A stretch of 64,000 nucleotides of DNA from Heterodontus francisci. Lineage: Eukaryota. The position numbers were made by a program, and so were the translations under genes. The stretch is from assembly GCF_036365525.1 (NCBI RefSeq), contig NC_090385.1, positions 59,044,581 to 59,108,580 of the forward strand, read 5' to 3'. The notes beneath the pieces are model-generated. The model worked only from the letters and a program-made list of their open reading frames with translations. It was not told the DNA's origin and did no database searches. Positions 1-12,603 of this stretch are shown in pieces. The first letter of the stretch is position 1, and each line of letters opens with the position of its first letter.

Positions 1-729
1 CAGGTACATACCCACAGAACAGATCATTGGACTCTTCAAGCTTCTAGAGGTTGGTCATAAAGTACACAAGCCCAGAAATAAGTTTTCCCTGTCACTGGAA
101 CAAGGATAATGTGGTGGAACTAGGGCCAGCAGGGAAGAGATAATGCATCCAAAAATAAACGTAATTTCACGACCTCATATTTAAGATCACTCTCTTCATT
201 GTACCATATCATCAGATTCATGTAGAGCATAAATATGGACCAATTGGGCCAAAGGACCTGTTTCTGTACTGCAAATTCTAGGTAATCCCCTCAGTTATTG
301 TTAAAAATTACTTTACTGTGTATTCAAGTGAAAGTTCATATCATTCAGATGAGAGGTATCTAAAAATGTTACCACTGAAATCTGAACTCTCATACATTCA
401 AGAATGATTTAACTTACAAGGTCATCTCTGATGGCAAGACAACTACTGGAAGCAAACCAGCCAACACTTGTGGCATTAAAGACACCAGGCTAGCTATGAA
501 AGGGGTTCTTTACTAGTGCTTCCAATCACGATTATAAATAGTATGAATAATCTCAAATATAAATAGTTGCCATCAGTGGTACTTAAGTCACGTTTTCCTA
601 TTTATCATCTGGTCCCAACCCACTTGCACAAGTCACCAATGGCACAAGTGCATTGCTGTTTTGCATAGATGTTCCAGTGAGGAAAATGACAGTTCTAGAC
701 TGGCAAAGTTAGAAATGTGTATTTTGTAA

Positions 730-1680
730 ACATATTCATATAGCACCTTTAACATAATAAAACGTCTCAAAGCACTTCGCGGGGAAGCGAGATAAAACAA
801 AGCTACAATAGGATGTATTAGGTCAGATGACCAAAAGCTTATTCAAAGAGGTATGTTTTAAGGAGTGTCTTATAGGAGGAAAGAGAGGTGGAGAGGTGTA
901 GGGAGGGTATTCCAGAACTTGGGGCTGAGGCAACTGAAGGCACGGCCACCAATGGTAGAGCGATTAATATCAGGGATACACAAGAGGCCAGAATTAGAGG
1001 CGTGTAGATATCTAGGAGGGCTGAGAGGCTGAAGGAGATTACAGAGATAGGGAGAGGCAAGACCATGGAAGGATTTGAAAATAAGGATGAGAATTTTAAA
1101 ATCAAGACGTTACTTGACCGGGAGCCAATCTAAGTCAGTGAGCACAGGGGCGATAGGGGAACGGGCCTTGGCACGAGTTAAGACATTGCCAGCAGAGTTT
1201 TGGATGACCTCAAGTTTATGGAGAATAGAATGTGGGAGACCAGTCAGTAGTGTATTTGCAGAGTCAAATCTAGAGGTAACACAGGCATGAATGAGGGTTT
1301 CAGCAACAGATGAGCTGAGAAGGGGAGAAATCAGGCAATAGTACGGAGGTGGAAGTAGGTGGTCTTAGTGACGGCATGAATGAGGTCGGAACCTCATCTT
1401 GGGATCAAATGTAACACCAAGGTTGCGAACAGACTGGCTTAATCTCAGACTGTTGTCAGGAAGAGGGATGGAGTCGATAGCGAGGGAACGGAGTTTGAAG
1501 CGGGAACCGAAAACAATGACTACAGCTTTCTCAATATTTAATGGGGGGGAAATTTCTGCTCATCTGGTACTGGATGTCAGATAAGCAGCCTAATAAGTTA
1601 GTAACAGTGGAGCAGCTGAGGGAAGTGGTGGTGAGGTGGAGCTAACTGTCATCAGCATACATGTGAAAACTAACACCATG
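730..1680 (-). mobile_element. L2 LINE 3' fragment (RT C-terminus and tail), inside the SIAH2 intron
   Basis: Minus strand reads PVLTDLDWLPVK*RLDFKILILIFKS (L2 HWLPV..RI.FK motif) near 1070-1150. The L2-type 3' tail (plus-strand atagcacctt...aaagcacttc) is at ~738-780. Confidence 0.85.
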
Positions 1681-4622
1681 CTCAGTTATTCACTGCCACT
1701 GAATTTCACAAATATAAACAGGATAAATTTGACAAACAAACTTGGTTACATAATATCCCTTTTATACCAGCAAGAAACCACACTCAATTTTGTAACAAAT
1801 GCCACAGGCAGAAGCCGCTTATATTTACTGCAGTGTTGAGGCAATTTGAATCAAAACGTAAATCTAACAGTATAAAGCTACAGTAATTTCCACAATATCC
1901 TATGGCACATAAATCCTGAGACTTATCACTGTTCACATTATTTAAACCAAGATGAATTTAGCTGGACTAATTATCTTAAGACATTTTAAGCAGCTCTACA
2001 CCCAACTGCTAATCAAACACAAACTACCCATCTCAAATCCGTTCAAAACATTACCATCAACTCCCACTCAAAATCAAAGGGCCAAGCCCACCCCGCAAAA
2101 ACAATTACCAGGCTGGTTTGGTTTAATAAATGCAAGGCTCAGAAAAAAAAAATCAATGAGAAGAGGAAATAGGAAAAGAGTTACAAAAAGATCACAGGCA
2201 TAGTCATGTTCTCTATTGGATGGCTGCTTCCCAAGCTTTCCTTGCCTGCTTCTTCCTTCCACAACAATGCTCTTTGACTAAATCAAAAAGCAGAATTGTT
2301 CCAAGTGTACTTAAGAATAGTTTTAATATGACAATTTTATTTAAAATTTGTTACCAAAAAAATTTCAACACTGGCAAAGTTCTAAACAAAGAACAGTACA
2401 ACACAGGAACAGGCCATTCGGCCCTCCAAGCCTGCGCCGATCTTGATGCCTGTCAAGATCAATTCTCAAGCATTAAAAAGAGTACTCTGGTTTCAATACA
2501 GTCTGTTTAAAAATGCAGTCCTGCTCTGCAATAACTTCAGCAGCTTCACAATTGTACTTTTGATCCTCCAATTTATCACTTCTACAAGTACTGTATATAT
2601 ATTTACACAAAAAGGGAAACAATCTTCACATCAACCTAGACAGTCAATGCCAGCTGGCTATTCAATTATTAAACATCATAAAATAAGCCCAATTCATGTC
2701 TCACGTACCATCCATGCACATTCAAGCAGGAGTCAAAGGACAGCAATCAGGAGAAGGAATCTGGCCTGTTTCTGCGTTCAGGTACGTTGAATTTACTTAC
2801 TGAAATCAGTTCGACTCAAAACTGGGCATCAAATCTGAAATTTTCTGGCCTGGGAGGCTCAGTTTCACAATACAGCTTCCAAATTGGCTTGATAGTTATA
2901 TTTGCATCATGGACCACTCCTACTAAAGCAGAAATAATTATTGCAATTTGCTAGTGGCACACTCATGGCATTAGTCATGGTAAGTTGGAACGACAAAAGC
3001 ATCAGACCATGTAACACAATGTATTACTCTATGAACATGCTCAATCTGGCCATTCCTTTTGCAATCTCAAAATCAAACTACACTGATAAGGTACATCCTG
3101 AGGGCAATTAGCTTTTTTTTTTTAGATTTGCTTGTTTACTGGCAAGTATCCTCTCTGCTGAAAGGTGATTTGTTTCTATTCTCTAAACTTATTTCAGCAA
3201 AGTACAAAATTGCTCCAAAGTCTTGGCAGTGCCATCTTGTGCCTCAAGCACACTATACTTTTAAATGGAAAGCGTCTCTACGTGGATTAATTCATTTTAA
3301 ATGAGCAAAGTGCAACTTGTATGAATATCTCTGCAACTTGGTTTAGAGGCACATGCATAGCGAGTTTTTGCACATGCTAGACACGTGGTTAACAAAATGT
3401 CATTTGCTGCTTTAGATCAAGATTCAATTTGTAAGCTCAGTTCCACCCAGATGATATCAAAAGATAGCAAATTCCTGGAGGAAAACAACTTACTACCTCT
3501 GACTTCGTTAAAGTCACATAGTTTTACTTCATTGTCCTCAACTACATTTTTAAAAGTTTCTCAATCTGCTTTTTAAAAAAAAACCTCAAACCCAATGTAC
3601 TTTTTAAAATTCCCAACTTAAACAGCTTCTGTCAAGGGCCCTGAAAGACTTTCACTTTTAAAATACTCAACTGGAATGCCTGGGAGCTCCAGTATGAACT
3701 GGAAACAATCTAACAAATCATGTGTGAAAAATAGATGGGAGGACACAGCACAACATAGTCCAGTTTATACTCAATGTTGGAGCTGACATTGCAATGCCTA
3801 GAACATTAACAAGTAACCACTAAATTAATTTTGAGATTGCTTCAGTAATTTGAAAACATAATACTTGAAGTTGCAAGCATTTATATAGTGAAATGCTTCA
3901 GCGCTCTGTATCAGGAGTAAGAATCATCAGCACACTTTGGCAACAAGTTACTAAAACAGCAAAGCCATTACAACATGATATTTTGCATGAATAGGATTAA
4001 GTATGCACACTAAGAGATGCTACACAATACAGAGACCATGAATTTTATTTCTATGTGCTGTCACTGTACATAATTCACCAATGTTTCTTTTAAGATTTGT
4101 GAACATTGCTGTTCAATCTTCTGTGTACCACAAGCAGACTTTCTGCTCTATTAACACAAGTTCCTGAGACTCCATATTTTACAATGGGGATTATCGAAAC
4201 TCCGTCATTCATGTTTGCTTCAGAAAGCCTACACTCCATCTTTCAGATAGTGCAGAACTAAGAATAGATTGAATATGAATCTTGAAAAGTTCTCTTCGGA
4301 CTTGGGCTACAAGCTTCGATTCCAAGACTGCTCTGAAGAAAATACTTCATAAGGATAAGACTATATTACATATCCATAAGCCACTCCACTCCTGATATTA
4401 GCTGAGCTGCTATGACAAGCTAGCCACTTCCCCAGAGGAGTGAGGTTAGGCTGAAAGCAAGGGGCTGGGCAAGGAGTTGGTTTTGGGCAGCCTAATTGTG
4501 GGATCAATAAAAGGCTGCTAACTACACAAACATATTAATAGTGTCCAGCAAGCAATCATTCCCCATGAGCAGCAAAATGTTATCAGATGAATGACAGGCA
4601 TATGGTTTCCATAGCTGGGTCT

Positions 4623-5045
4623 CAGCTTGGCTCAGTGGTTACACGCTCACCACTGAGTCAATAGGTCGAGTTCAAGACCCATTCCAGAACATAATCTAGG
4701 CCGATACTTCAATGCAGCATTAAGGGTGTGCTTCATTGTTTGAAGTACTCTCTTTCAGATGAGATATCAAACCAAGGTCCTATCTGCTTGTTCAGGTGAA
4801 CATTCAGAGATCTCGAGACATCATTTGAAGACAACCAATGGAGTTCTCACCCACGTCCTGGCCAACATTTATCCAATCAATAGCACCAAAATTAGATTAA
4901 ATGATCAACTATCTCTGCAGTTTGTGGGACTGTGCTGTGCAGAAATTGGCTGCCATGCTTCCCAAGCACAAACAGAAATCATTGACTCTGAAGTACTTTG
5001 GGAAATCTGGACACGAAAAGCACTCTATAAATGGAAGTTTCTGCT
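4623..5045 (+). mobile_element. tRNA-derived Deu-domain SINE (SacSINE1/AmnSINE-like) with L2-type tail
   Basis: A-box tggctcagtgg and B-box gagttcaagacc; core tttcagatgagatatcaaaccaagg; tail aagtactttggga...ctataaatg. Second copy at 6455. Confidence 0.75.
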
Positions 5046-5554
5046 TGCCTTTCTGCCATCTTCAGATTAGAAGTGAGCAAGTAATGCAGGGCTGATGACT
5101 GCAACGTAAATAAATCTGTATCTTATTTAAAATTTAATGTCTGCACACACTTCCTATTGAACACTACTTCCTGTTATGTTCCTAGTCACAGTTTTGTATC
5201 AACTTTTTGCACTACAAATTCCTATGTTCCTATTTGCAATGGAAACACCCAATGTAAACTCACCAAATTGTAATTACACCCTCCAACTCGTGATGATGTA
5301 AGTACCTGAGAGAAGAGACACAGCAAAGATGGGGTTTTCCACGATTACGTCCTTGTCGCCTTTCCCCTTACCTGCTCATAACCCCTCCAACATCTCCCTT
5401 TGTGCAAGGGAAAAGCAGGTTTCGCCCGGAGTTGCGTTCCACCATTTTTCTTCATCTCAAGGATTGAGATTGTCCTCAGGGCTATGGTGGAACCAGGCCA
5501 TGGGCTAGTACCAGCTTTCTTTCCATCACTGATACATCCAAAAGGGAATTCGGA

Positions 5555-5910
5555 ACAAACTTCTTTACCCAGAGCGTGTTGGGAATGTGGAACTCACTAT
5601 ACGAACATACATATCAACATACGAATTAGGAGCAGGAGTAGGCCACCTGGCCCCTTGAACCTGCTCCGCCATTCAACAAGATCATGGCTGAACTGATAAC
5701 TCCACGTTCCTATCAGAGTGTGGCTGAGGCAAATAGTACAGATTCATGATATTTAAAGGGGAAGCTAGATAAGCACAGGAGGCAGAAGGGAATAGAGAGA
5801 ATTATGCTGAATGAGTTAGATAGGATGGAAGGAGGCTCAAGTGGTGCATGAACAGCGTCGTGGACTGGTTGGGCCTAATGGCCTGTTTCTACGCTATATA
5901 TTCTATGTAA
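5555..5910 (+). mobile_element. CR1 LINE 3' end, interrupted by an inverted CR1 tail (~5602-5712)
   Basis: Segments ttctttacccagag...tgtggaactcact, tttaaagggaagctagataag, and tail gggcctaatggcctgtttct. Confidence 0.7.
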
Positions 5911-6454
5911 CTTTATAGCACAAGAACATGTCAGGAATATACCTTAGCCAGCCAGGAAGGCTGGAGAGGAGTCCAGTATTCACCAAATGGTCAGAAATTC
6001 TGGGGTGTGGATGCAAATCAAGAAGTCCAGGGTCTGTTTTAAGATTGGGAATACTCAGGGTTCGCAAAAAAATTAAATGGCAGCTAGGGTCTACATGCCA
6101 ACTGGAGTGTAGACTAGGAACTATATAACAACCAAGAGCAAGTCAAAAGGTAATTCAATGATATAAAGTGGTTGGAGCACATTGTTGTAATCTAGGGTAA
6201 CAATATGGAGCCAGGAATCAAAGTGTTGCAGCAGAGAATAGTCCCATCAACAGAAGAGTTCCTGGTGGTCCAGGTGAACAGCACAGTCAAGAAATTCAAG
6301 AGTGGCTAAAGACGGAAAAAGCATCCAAATGAATTGGTCAAATTGCAAATAACACCAAACTAACTGAGGCAATGGCAGCAGGAGGCAGATCAGAAATTAC
6401 AAAACGATTTGGAAAGAGAAATGAACAAAACAATGCGGATGAAATTTAACATGT

Positions 6455-6920
6455 CAGCTTTGGCTCAGTGGGAGCCATCCCCCCACTGAGTCAGTCACTC
6501 GTAGATTCAAGCCAATCCATTTACTTGAGTACATAACCTTGGCGACACAACTAACATACGACTGAGGGAATGCTATACTGTCGGAGGTGCCATCTTTCAG
6601 ATGAGACGTTAAACCGAGGTCTCTTCCCCCCCACCCCGAGGTTGACTTAAAAATCCCATAGCACCATTCAAAGAAGAGCAGGGAGTTCCCCTGTGTCCTG
6701 GCCAACATTTATCTTTCAACCAACATCACTAAATCAGATTATGTAGTCATTTATCTCACTCCTCTTGTGGGACTTCACTCTGCACAAACTGCCTGACATA
6801 TTTCTCTATGCCAGAACAATAAACAGTGAATATACTTCAAAAATACTTCATTGGCTGTGAAATATTTTGGGACATCAAGATTGGGAAAAGTGCTATATAA
6901 ATGCAAGCTTTTATTTTTTT
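6455..6920 (+). mobile_element. Deu-domain SINE, second copy
   Basis: tggctcagtgg head; ctttcagatgagacgttaaaccgagg core; L2-type tail gtgctatataaatgcaag. Confidence 0.8.
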
Positions 6921-7194
6921 TTCAATGTATGGATGCAGCACTGCTCAGGCACAGGAGGAGAAGGCATGTGGGAAGATGTAGGATCAGGTTGGGAAAGCTA
7001 GGAATGGAACAAAAAACTGATGCCACAGTTAACAGTAGAGGTAGAGCAGCAGATGGCCTACAATGTTGAAGAAATTGAGCATGGCAGGAAGGGATACTGA
7101 ACTGCATTCACCAGGATAATAGTAGCTAAGGCAAAGTCAGTGTGGTGGGCAAGTTAGAAATCAGTGGAACAGAAATGATGAGAGATTAATGATG

Positions 7195-9250
7195 TTTACA
7201 GGGCAGGAGGAGGCCATTTCATCCCATCATGTCCATGCCACTTCATGGCAGGAACAATCCAAAACTAGTCCCACTGCCCTGCTCTCTCCCGATAGCCAAG
7301 TATATTTCACCACTTCATAAAATGAATCCACCGTCCCCTTAAATTATCTAATGGTCCCTGCTTTAACCACTCTAAGACAAATCAATCTATGCTCCAACAA
7401 CCCTCTGCAAAAAGAAATGTCTCTTAAGCTCTCTCCTCCTTCTCAGTGACCATTTTAGATTCCTCAGCCTCCCCCCGCAATGTCCTTTCTATAATCAAGG
7501 CGCCCAAAAATTGTACATCAGTAGTCTAAAATTAATTCAACAAATGTTTTTTTTCCAATTTATCAGTTGGATCTTCTGGGGCCCCCATTTGTAAAATCCA
7601 ACATGTCGTTAGCCATTTTAACGGTGTTATCTACTTGTACTTAAATTCAAGCATTTGACCCCCAGATCTCTATCAACCACATCCTTCAGTGTCTTTCTGT
7701 TGAGTATATACTCCCATTCCTTGTTCTTCGTCACAAAATGTATTCACCTCACACTTGATTACCGCCTGCCATCCTACTGACCCATCTGTCTCCTGACGTC
7801 CGTCGTAGACCTTATCACCGTTTACCAAAACCCCTTACTTAAACATCAGCAAACTTTTAAGACTGTGCTCCCTAAACTCAAATCACCTGTACACAGACAA
7901 GCGGGAAACCAGCACAGACTCCCAGAGCATACCACTCCCAACATTTCTTATATCCAAGCAACGCCCAATTACGGTCAACCAACTTTCTATCCATGCTGCC
8001 ACATTTCCTCTTCTACGATCGTCCTGAATTTTTCAAACAAGCCTCATGAGACACTTTACCGAATGCCTTCTGAAAATCCACATGCACTACATCCACTGCA
8101 ATTCCTATTTCACTTGGCTACTTTCTCTACTAAAAAAAAATGTTGAACATGACTTGCCATTAGCAAATCCATGCTGGTTGTCTAAATGCTCACTAATTTT
8201 ATCTTGAACACTGTTTCTAAGAGTTTGCTCGCAACTGAAAAACTAACGGATCTATAATTAACAAAGGCATTGCATCTGCTACTTCCAGTCCCATGACAAT
8301 TTGCAAGTCCATCAAAAAAGACTGGAAAATTCCAGCCAATGCCCCTTCGATCACCACGGATTCTTTTCAAAGTGTGTAATTTGAGATTTATCCTCTGGTT
8401 CTGCTAATTTCTTCAAAATTCAATTTTTACAGTTATCTCTAACAATTGTTCCATATCCTCAAGTACTTCTCACTTCTGTCATTTGTAAAAACAGACAAAA
8501 TATTTAATATTTCTAATACTCTTTCATCCTCCACAAGTAAACCCTTCATCTTTCAGTAGTCTTGCCCTCTATTTCAACACACTTATTGAAGCCCTCATTC
8601 GACTTGTTATCTGACCGTCTTTAATATTAGATTTCGAATCTCCTTTTTCTCACCTACACTATGTATATTCACGATTTTCATTAGTATTGTTAGCCCTAAT
8701 TTTACCACTTTTTAGTTTTAGTTTTTAAATCGCTAGTTACCCACAGAACTGAATTCTTTGATGTTCTACATTTTCACCGTCGAGGAATATAACTATTTTG
8801 TACTGTTGATTTTTCATCCTTTTTGCTAGCTCTCCTGTCCAGTTAATTTGGGCCAGATCCCTTAAATTTGCCTTTTTCCAGTCCAGAGTCTGCAGCTTTT
8901 GCTCAACTTTTTTTTCTTAAACTGAACACAATGTTCTGATTCCTACTGCCCAATTGTTTTCCTACGCTCAGTTATTTTCTAGAAAAGAAATCAAGCAATG
9001 CGTCTTTTTTCATGGAACTTGAAACATACACGTTACATGTATTCCTCACTCATATCTTTATTATATTCTCTCTTGGGATAGTTAAAATAATCCATTATCC
9101 AACAATTCTTAGATCTCCCTGAACTGGCTGCAGATCTCCCTCATCTCCGAAAACTTTCCCTCCCATTTCTTAACTCTACCCATAAGCACCCTCACAGCAT
9201 CCTTATGTTCTAGCATTGTTATAGAATTCTTTAATAACACTGCAATTCCA
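7195..9250 (-). mobile_element. Old, heavily decayed CR1 ORF2
   Basis: CR1 tail (caggaggaggccatt) at ~7205 and degraded RT/endonuclease segments throughout; no intact ORF. Confidence 0.6.
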
Positions 9251-10149
9251 ACCCTATTTTCACCTCCCTAACTCTAATATCGTTATAATCAGCCATATTC
9301 AGTTCACAATGAGATTGTGGATGGGGATGGTCATGCTTACAAGGTATTTTGTAGACTGATAAAGGGAGAGTGGGTTGAAGGTTAGAAAAGTTAGGTGAGG
9401 AAGAGGAAGAAAATGAGGCAGTTTGCACCGTTTGGTGCAGCAAAGACACCATTGTAGATGTGGAGCACAACTGAATGCCCAGGAGAAACCTGGGATGCTG
9501 CCATCAGTGGAGGAGAGCAAACAGCAAAATCCAGGAAAGGAACAGTGGAATCATGTCATGAGGAACAAAGAACTCAGAAAGGAGGATAGAGTTCAAATCC
9601 ACTGCAACAACCAGGCATGTCAAAAGCTGTGACAAAGAATTACTAATTGATAATGGCAATAATGAATTTATTACAGCATCAAAATCTCTCACTAAAATCC
9701 CAAGACATGTAGCCATCCATGGAAAAACTGGATTCACTTGTAAATATATCTCACTTCAAATAATTTCAGAACAGGCAACCATTAGTTCCATCCACAATCA
9801 TAGTAACTGATGCCATATCAACGCCAGGCAATGCATTTTTATAGGCTTTAATATAAATCTTCAAAAAAAGGGGGGGGGATTTCAACTTGAGAAAGTCGAA
9901 ATCAGGACATTACTGACATCGAAACTACACTTATCACCAAAACGGTTATACAGCTAGATTCCATGGAATATAAATATATCAAACTACAGCGCAGGTATCA
10001 TATATGCAACGATAAGAAGCATACACAGTAGGCTCGCAATAGAACTCCAGCATTAAACCATTTAGAGCTTCTATCTGGTTGCAAACGACAGGAACTTAGA
10101 AACACACCTGATGCAGGCCAGCATGCACTGCCCAAGTTTAACACAACTA

Positions 10150-11110
10150 CCCCTGAAAGTTGCCGGTCGCTCCTCGGCGCATGCACGGACTCACCTTACA
10201 TGGGAAAGGGATGGTGGAAGCCACCTTCTCCATGGCCAGGTTCCTGATGCTGGGGCTAAGTGGGCCTCTGCAGGTCGGGCAGCAGGAAAGTTTCTGCCGG
10301 CACTGGTTACACACCAAGTGCCCGGCCTGGCACTGCAGGATGGGCGGCAGCACATAATCAAAACAAACGGGGCACTCGAAGAGGGAAGTGAGTTCGGGTT
10401 GAGGCGGGGTGGATCCTCCAGCTGCTGCGGCCGCTATGGCTGGATTGCCGCTCCCTCCTCCACTCGCTGCTGCCGCCGCCACGGCCGCCGCCGTCGCCGT
10501 GTGCTTCCCCGTTTTCCCGCCGCCAGCTGACGACGGTCTGCTCATGGCGAACGACGGGTCAGCCGACAGCACATTCAAAATAACGGCGAATTCGAGTCAC
10601 TCTCAAAAAGAAGGCAAAACAAATTCCCCAGCTAAACTGCGCCGCGAACCGCTGTGCCTCGTTCTTTCCTTGTTATTAACGCCATTATTATTATTATTTC
10701 TGAAGCCAGCGTCCCATCGCACGACCGTGCGTCAATATGGCGGCAGCACTTGGCCGTGCAACCGAATGAGGGGCGGGGCTTATTCCCTTGGTTACTACCG
10801 CCAATCAGAGTCAGTCTGGCCGGACAACAGAGTCTCTGAGTGGCTCGGAGCGGGGGTGGGGGGAGGGTTGTGAATGGTATCGAAGCATCACGCGCGTGGG
10901 AGACGTCAGTCCGGTCGACGCGCAAAGCCTCCCGGGAGTTGTAGTTCGGAAGGAACTGTTCGGTTTATATTTGGTTCGAGGGCCGTTCGTGGAAGGACGC
11001 CAACTCCCAGAGTGCGTGGAATCAACGCGGTTGGTGTCCCACGTTTCAACTTTGTTGTCATGTGGAGTCACTTGACCCCTTTCGCTGTGGAGTCATGCGT
11101 AACGAGGAGT
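10150..11110. promoter_or_regulatory. CpG island and SIAH2 promoter
   Basis: Dense CpG against a CpG-depleted background. Motifs: YY1 AATATGGCGGC (~10735), GC box GGGGCGGGG (~10770), CCAAT (10801), CRE-like GACGTCA (10902), ZNF143/THAP11 AACTACAACTCCCGG on the minus strand (~10932-10947), and a second AACTCCCAGAGTGC on the plus strand (~11002-11015). Confidence 0.85.
10195..10545 (-). CDS. SIAH2: E3 ubiquitin-protein ligase SIAH2, coding exon 1 (117 codons, RING finger); exon 2 lies outside the window
   Basis: MSRPSS...[67 protein letters not shown]. The Siah RING carries SIAH2-type residues (MSRPSS start, [18 protein letters not shown]). The ATG is in GCCATGA context. A phase-0 donor AAG|GTGAGT at 10195/10194 matches where mammalian SIAH2 is interrupted after FPCK. 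No exon-2 ORF appears in 1-10194. Confidence 0.95.
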
Positions 11111-11879
11111 TACTGCATTTTAAAGATAACAAATTTGTTGGTCCCTTTGGGAGTTATAAAAATAACAGATTAAAGTGTAAAAGATTGATTCGCTTGCTAA
11201 TAGTTACTATTCAAAATGTAAAAGGAGCCTATTTGGAAATATTGTGGTTATCATGTTTACTCAAACAAAATGTGTATGTCAGCCATTAGTTTTTAAAGCT
11301 GAAAGTCAGTTTCAGTCATTTATCAATTGCTAGTATTTTTTCAGTTTTTACCCCACTAGTATTGGAGGTTATCATTACGAACAGTCAGTTGGGAACAACA
11401 CTGCCACTTGCTAATCAGATGTCACTTTCTCCTGCCGCTGGTTGTGCATGAAAGTGAGGAATGTTTTAAGATGAGCTGATGATTTCTGAGTTTTATTTAC
11501 TATTTATCCTTAAAGAAATCATGCATAACTAATTAGCTGCGAAACGGCAGTTTAAAAAATTTTCCTCAAAGGAATATTTTGGCTACGTCTGGCTGAAATC
11601 TTATGTTAAGGTTTATTTTCTTTAAAACTAGTTCCAGCTGTTTTATGCAATAAGAAGGGGGTTGCCCAATGTCTGCATTTACTGGTTTTATTGGGACATT
11701 GCTGGAATTGCCAGGGTTGGAAATAAAATACTAACTGGTGATCAGTTTTACTTGCGTTTAAAAAAATTGCGCTGAAATTGCTGGTATGGACTTGATGGGC
11801 CGAATGTCGTAATGTCGTAATGACTCTGACTCCTATATTTACTACTGTGGTGAGTATTGTGGACTTTTAGCTTATTTGT

Positions 11880-12603
11880 GTGCGACATCTTAATTTTTAA
11901 ATTATCATCTGTGTTTTTATATCTTCCATAACCTCACCCCTCCCTGTCTCTGTAACCTCCTCCAGCACGACAACTGTCCAAGATCATTGTTCCACCATTG
12001 GTCAGCATACCTTCAGCTGCCAAGGCCCTATGGGGAGATGGTGGCATAGTGGCAATGCCAGAGCTAGTAATCCAGAGACTCAGGTTAATTCCCTGGTCAC
12101 ATGGGTTCAAATCCACCCCAGCAGCTGGTGGAATTTAAATTCAATTAAGTAAAAATCTGGAATTGAAAGCTACTCTCAGTAATGGTGCCATGAAACTATC
12201 ATCGATTGTCGTAAAAACCCATCTGGTTCACTTTCGGGAAGGAAAGCTACCATCCTTACCTGGCCTGGCCTACAGGTGACTCCAGACCCACATCCTTGTG
12301 GTTGAGTCTTAACTGTCCTCTGAAATGGCCTAGTTGTCAAGGGCAATTAGGGATGGGCAACAAATGTTGGCCTTGCCAGCCAGACCCACATCTGATGAAA
12401 GAATAAACAAAAGCTCTGGAATTCCCTGCTGAAATCTCTTTGCCTTGCTACTGCTCGCTCTTCATTTAAGATGCTCCGTAAAACAACCTTCTTTACCTGT
12501 CCTCATATCTCCTTATCTGACTCAATATGAAATTTGTTTGATAATCTTTTTGTGAAGCACCTTGAGGTGTTTTATTATGTTAAAATTGCTAATATAAATG
12601 CAG
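11880..12603 (+). mobile_element. L2 3' fragment split by a SINE (12031-12412)
   Basis: ttttaaattatcatc...ctctgtaacctcctccagc; resumes at ctctggaattccct (12413); L2 tail aagcaccttgag...tataaatgca. Confidence 0.75.
12031..12412 (+). mobile_element. tRNA-headed bipartite SINE (tRNA head, LINE 5' UTR, CR1-like 3' tail)
   Basis: A-box TGGCATAGTGG (12042) and B-box GGTTCAAATCC (12104). The middle (12235-12335) matches 61834-61952. The tail caagggcaattagggatgggcaacaaatg... matches the LINE tail at 31656-31730. Confidence 0.85.

Larger units (their letters stand above)
1..10194 (-). other. SIAH2: SIAH2 intron (partial, >10 kb)
   Basis: Starts at the GTGAGT donor; no SIAH substrate-binding-domain exon was found before the window edge. 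Confidence 0.8.

Noticed and set aside
10147-10578. ORF-track call of a 143-aa SIAH protein
   Set aside because: It starts at a TTG and reads through the splice donor. The supported exon is ATG 10545 to donor 10195.
10111-10873. Plus-strand ORFs of 139 and 154 aa over SIAH2
   Set aside because: Antisense shadows of a GC-rich exon and CpG island, with no recognisable domain.
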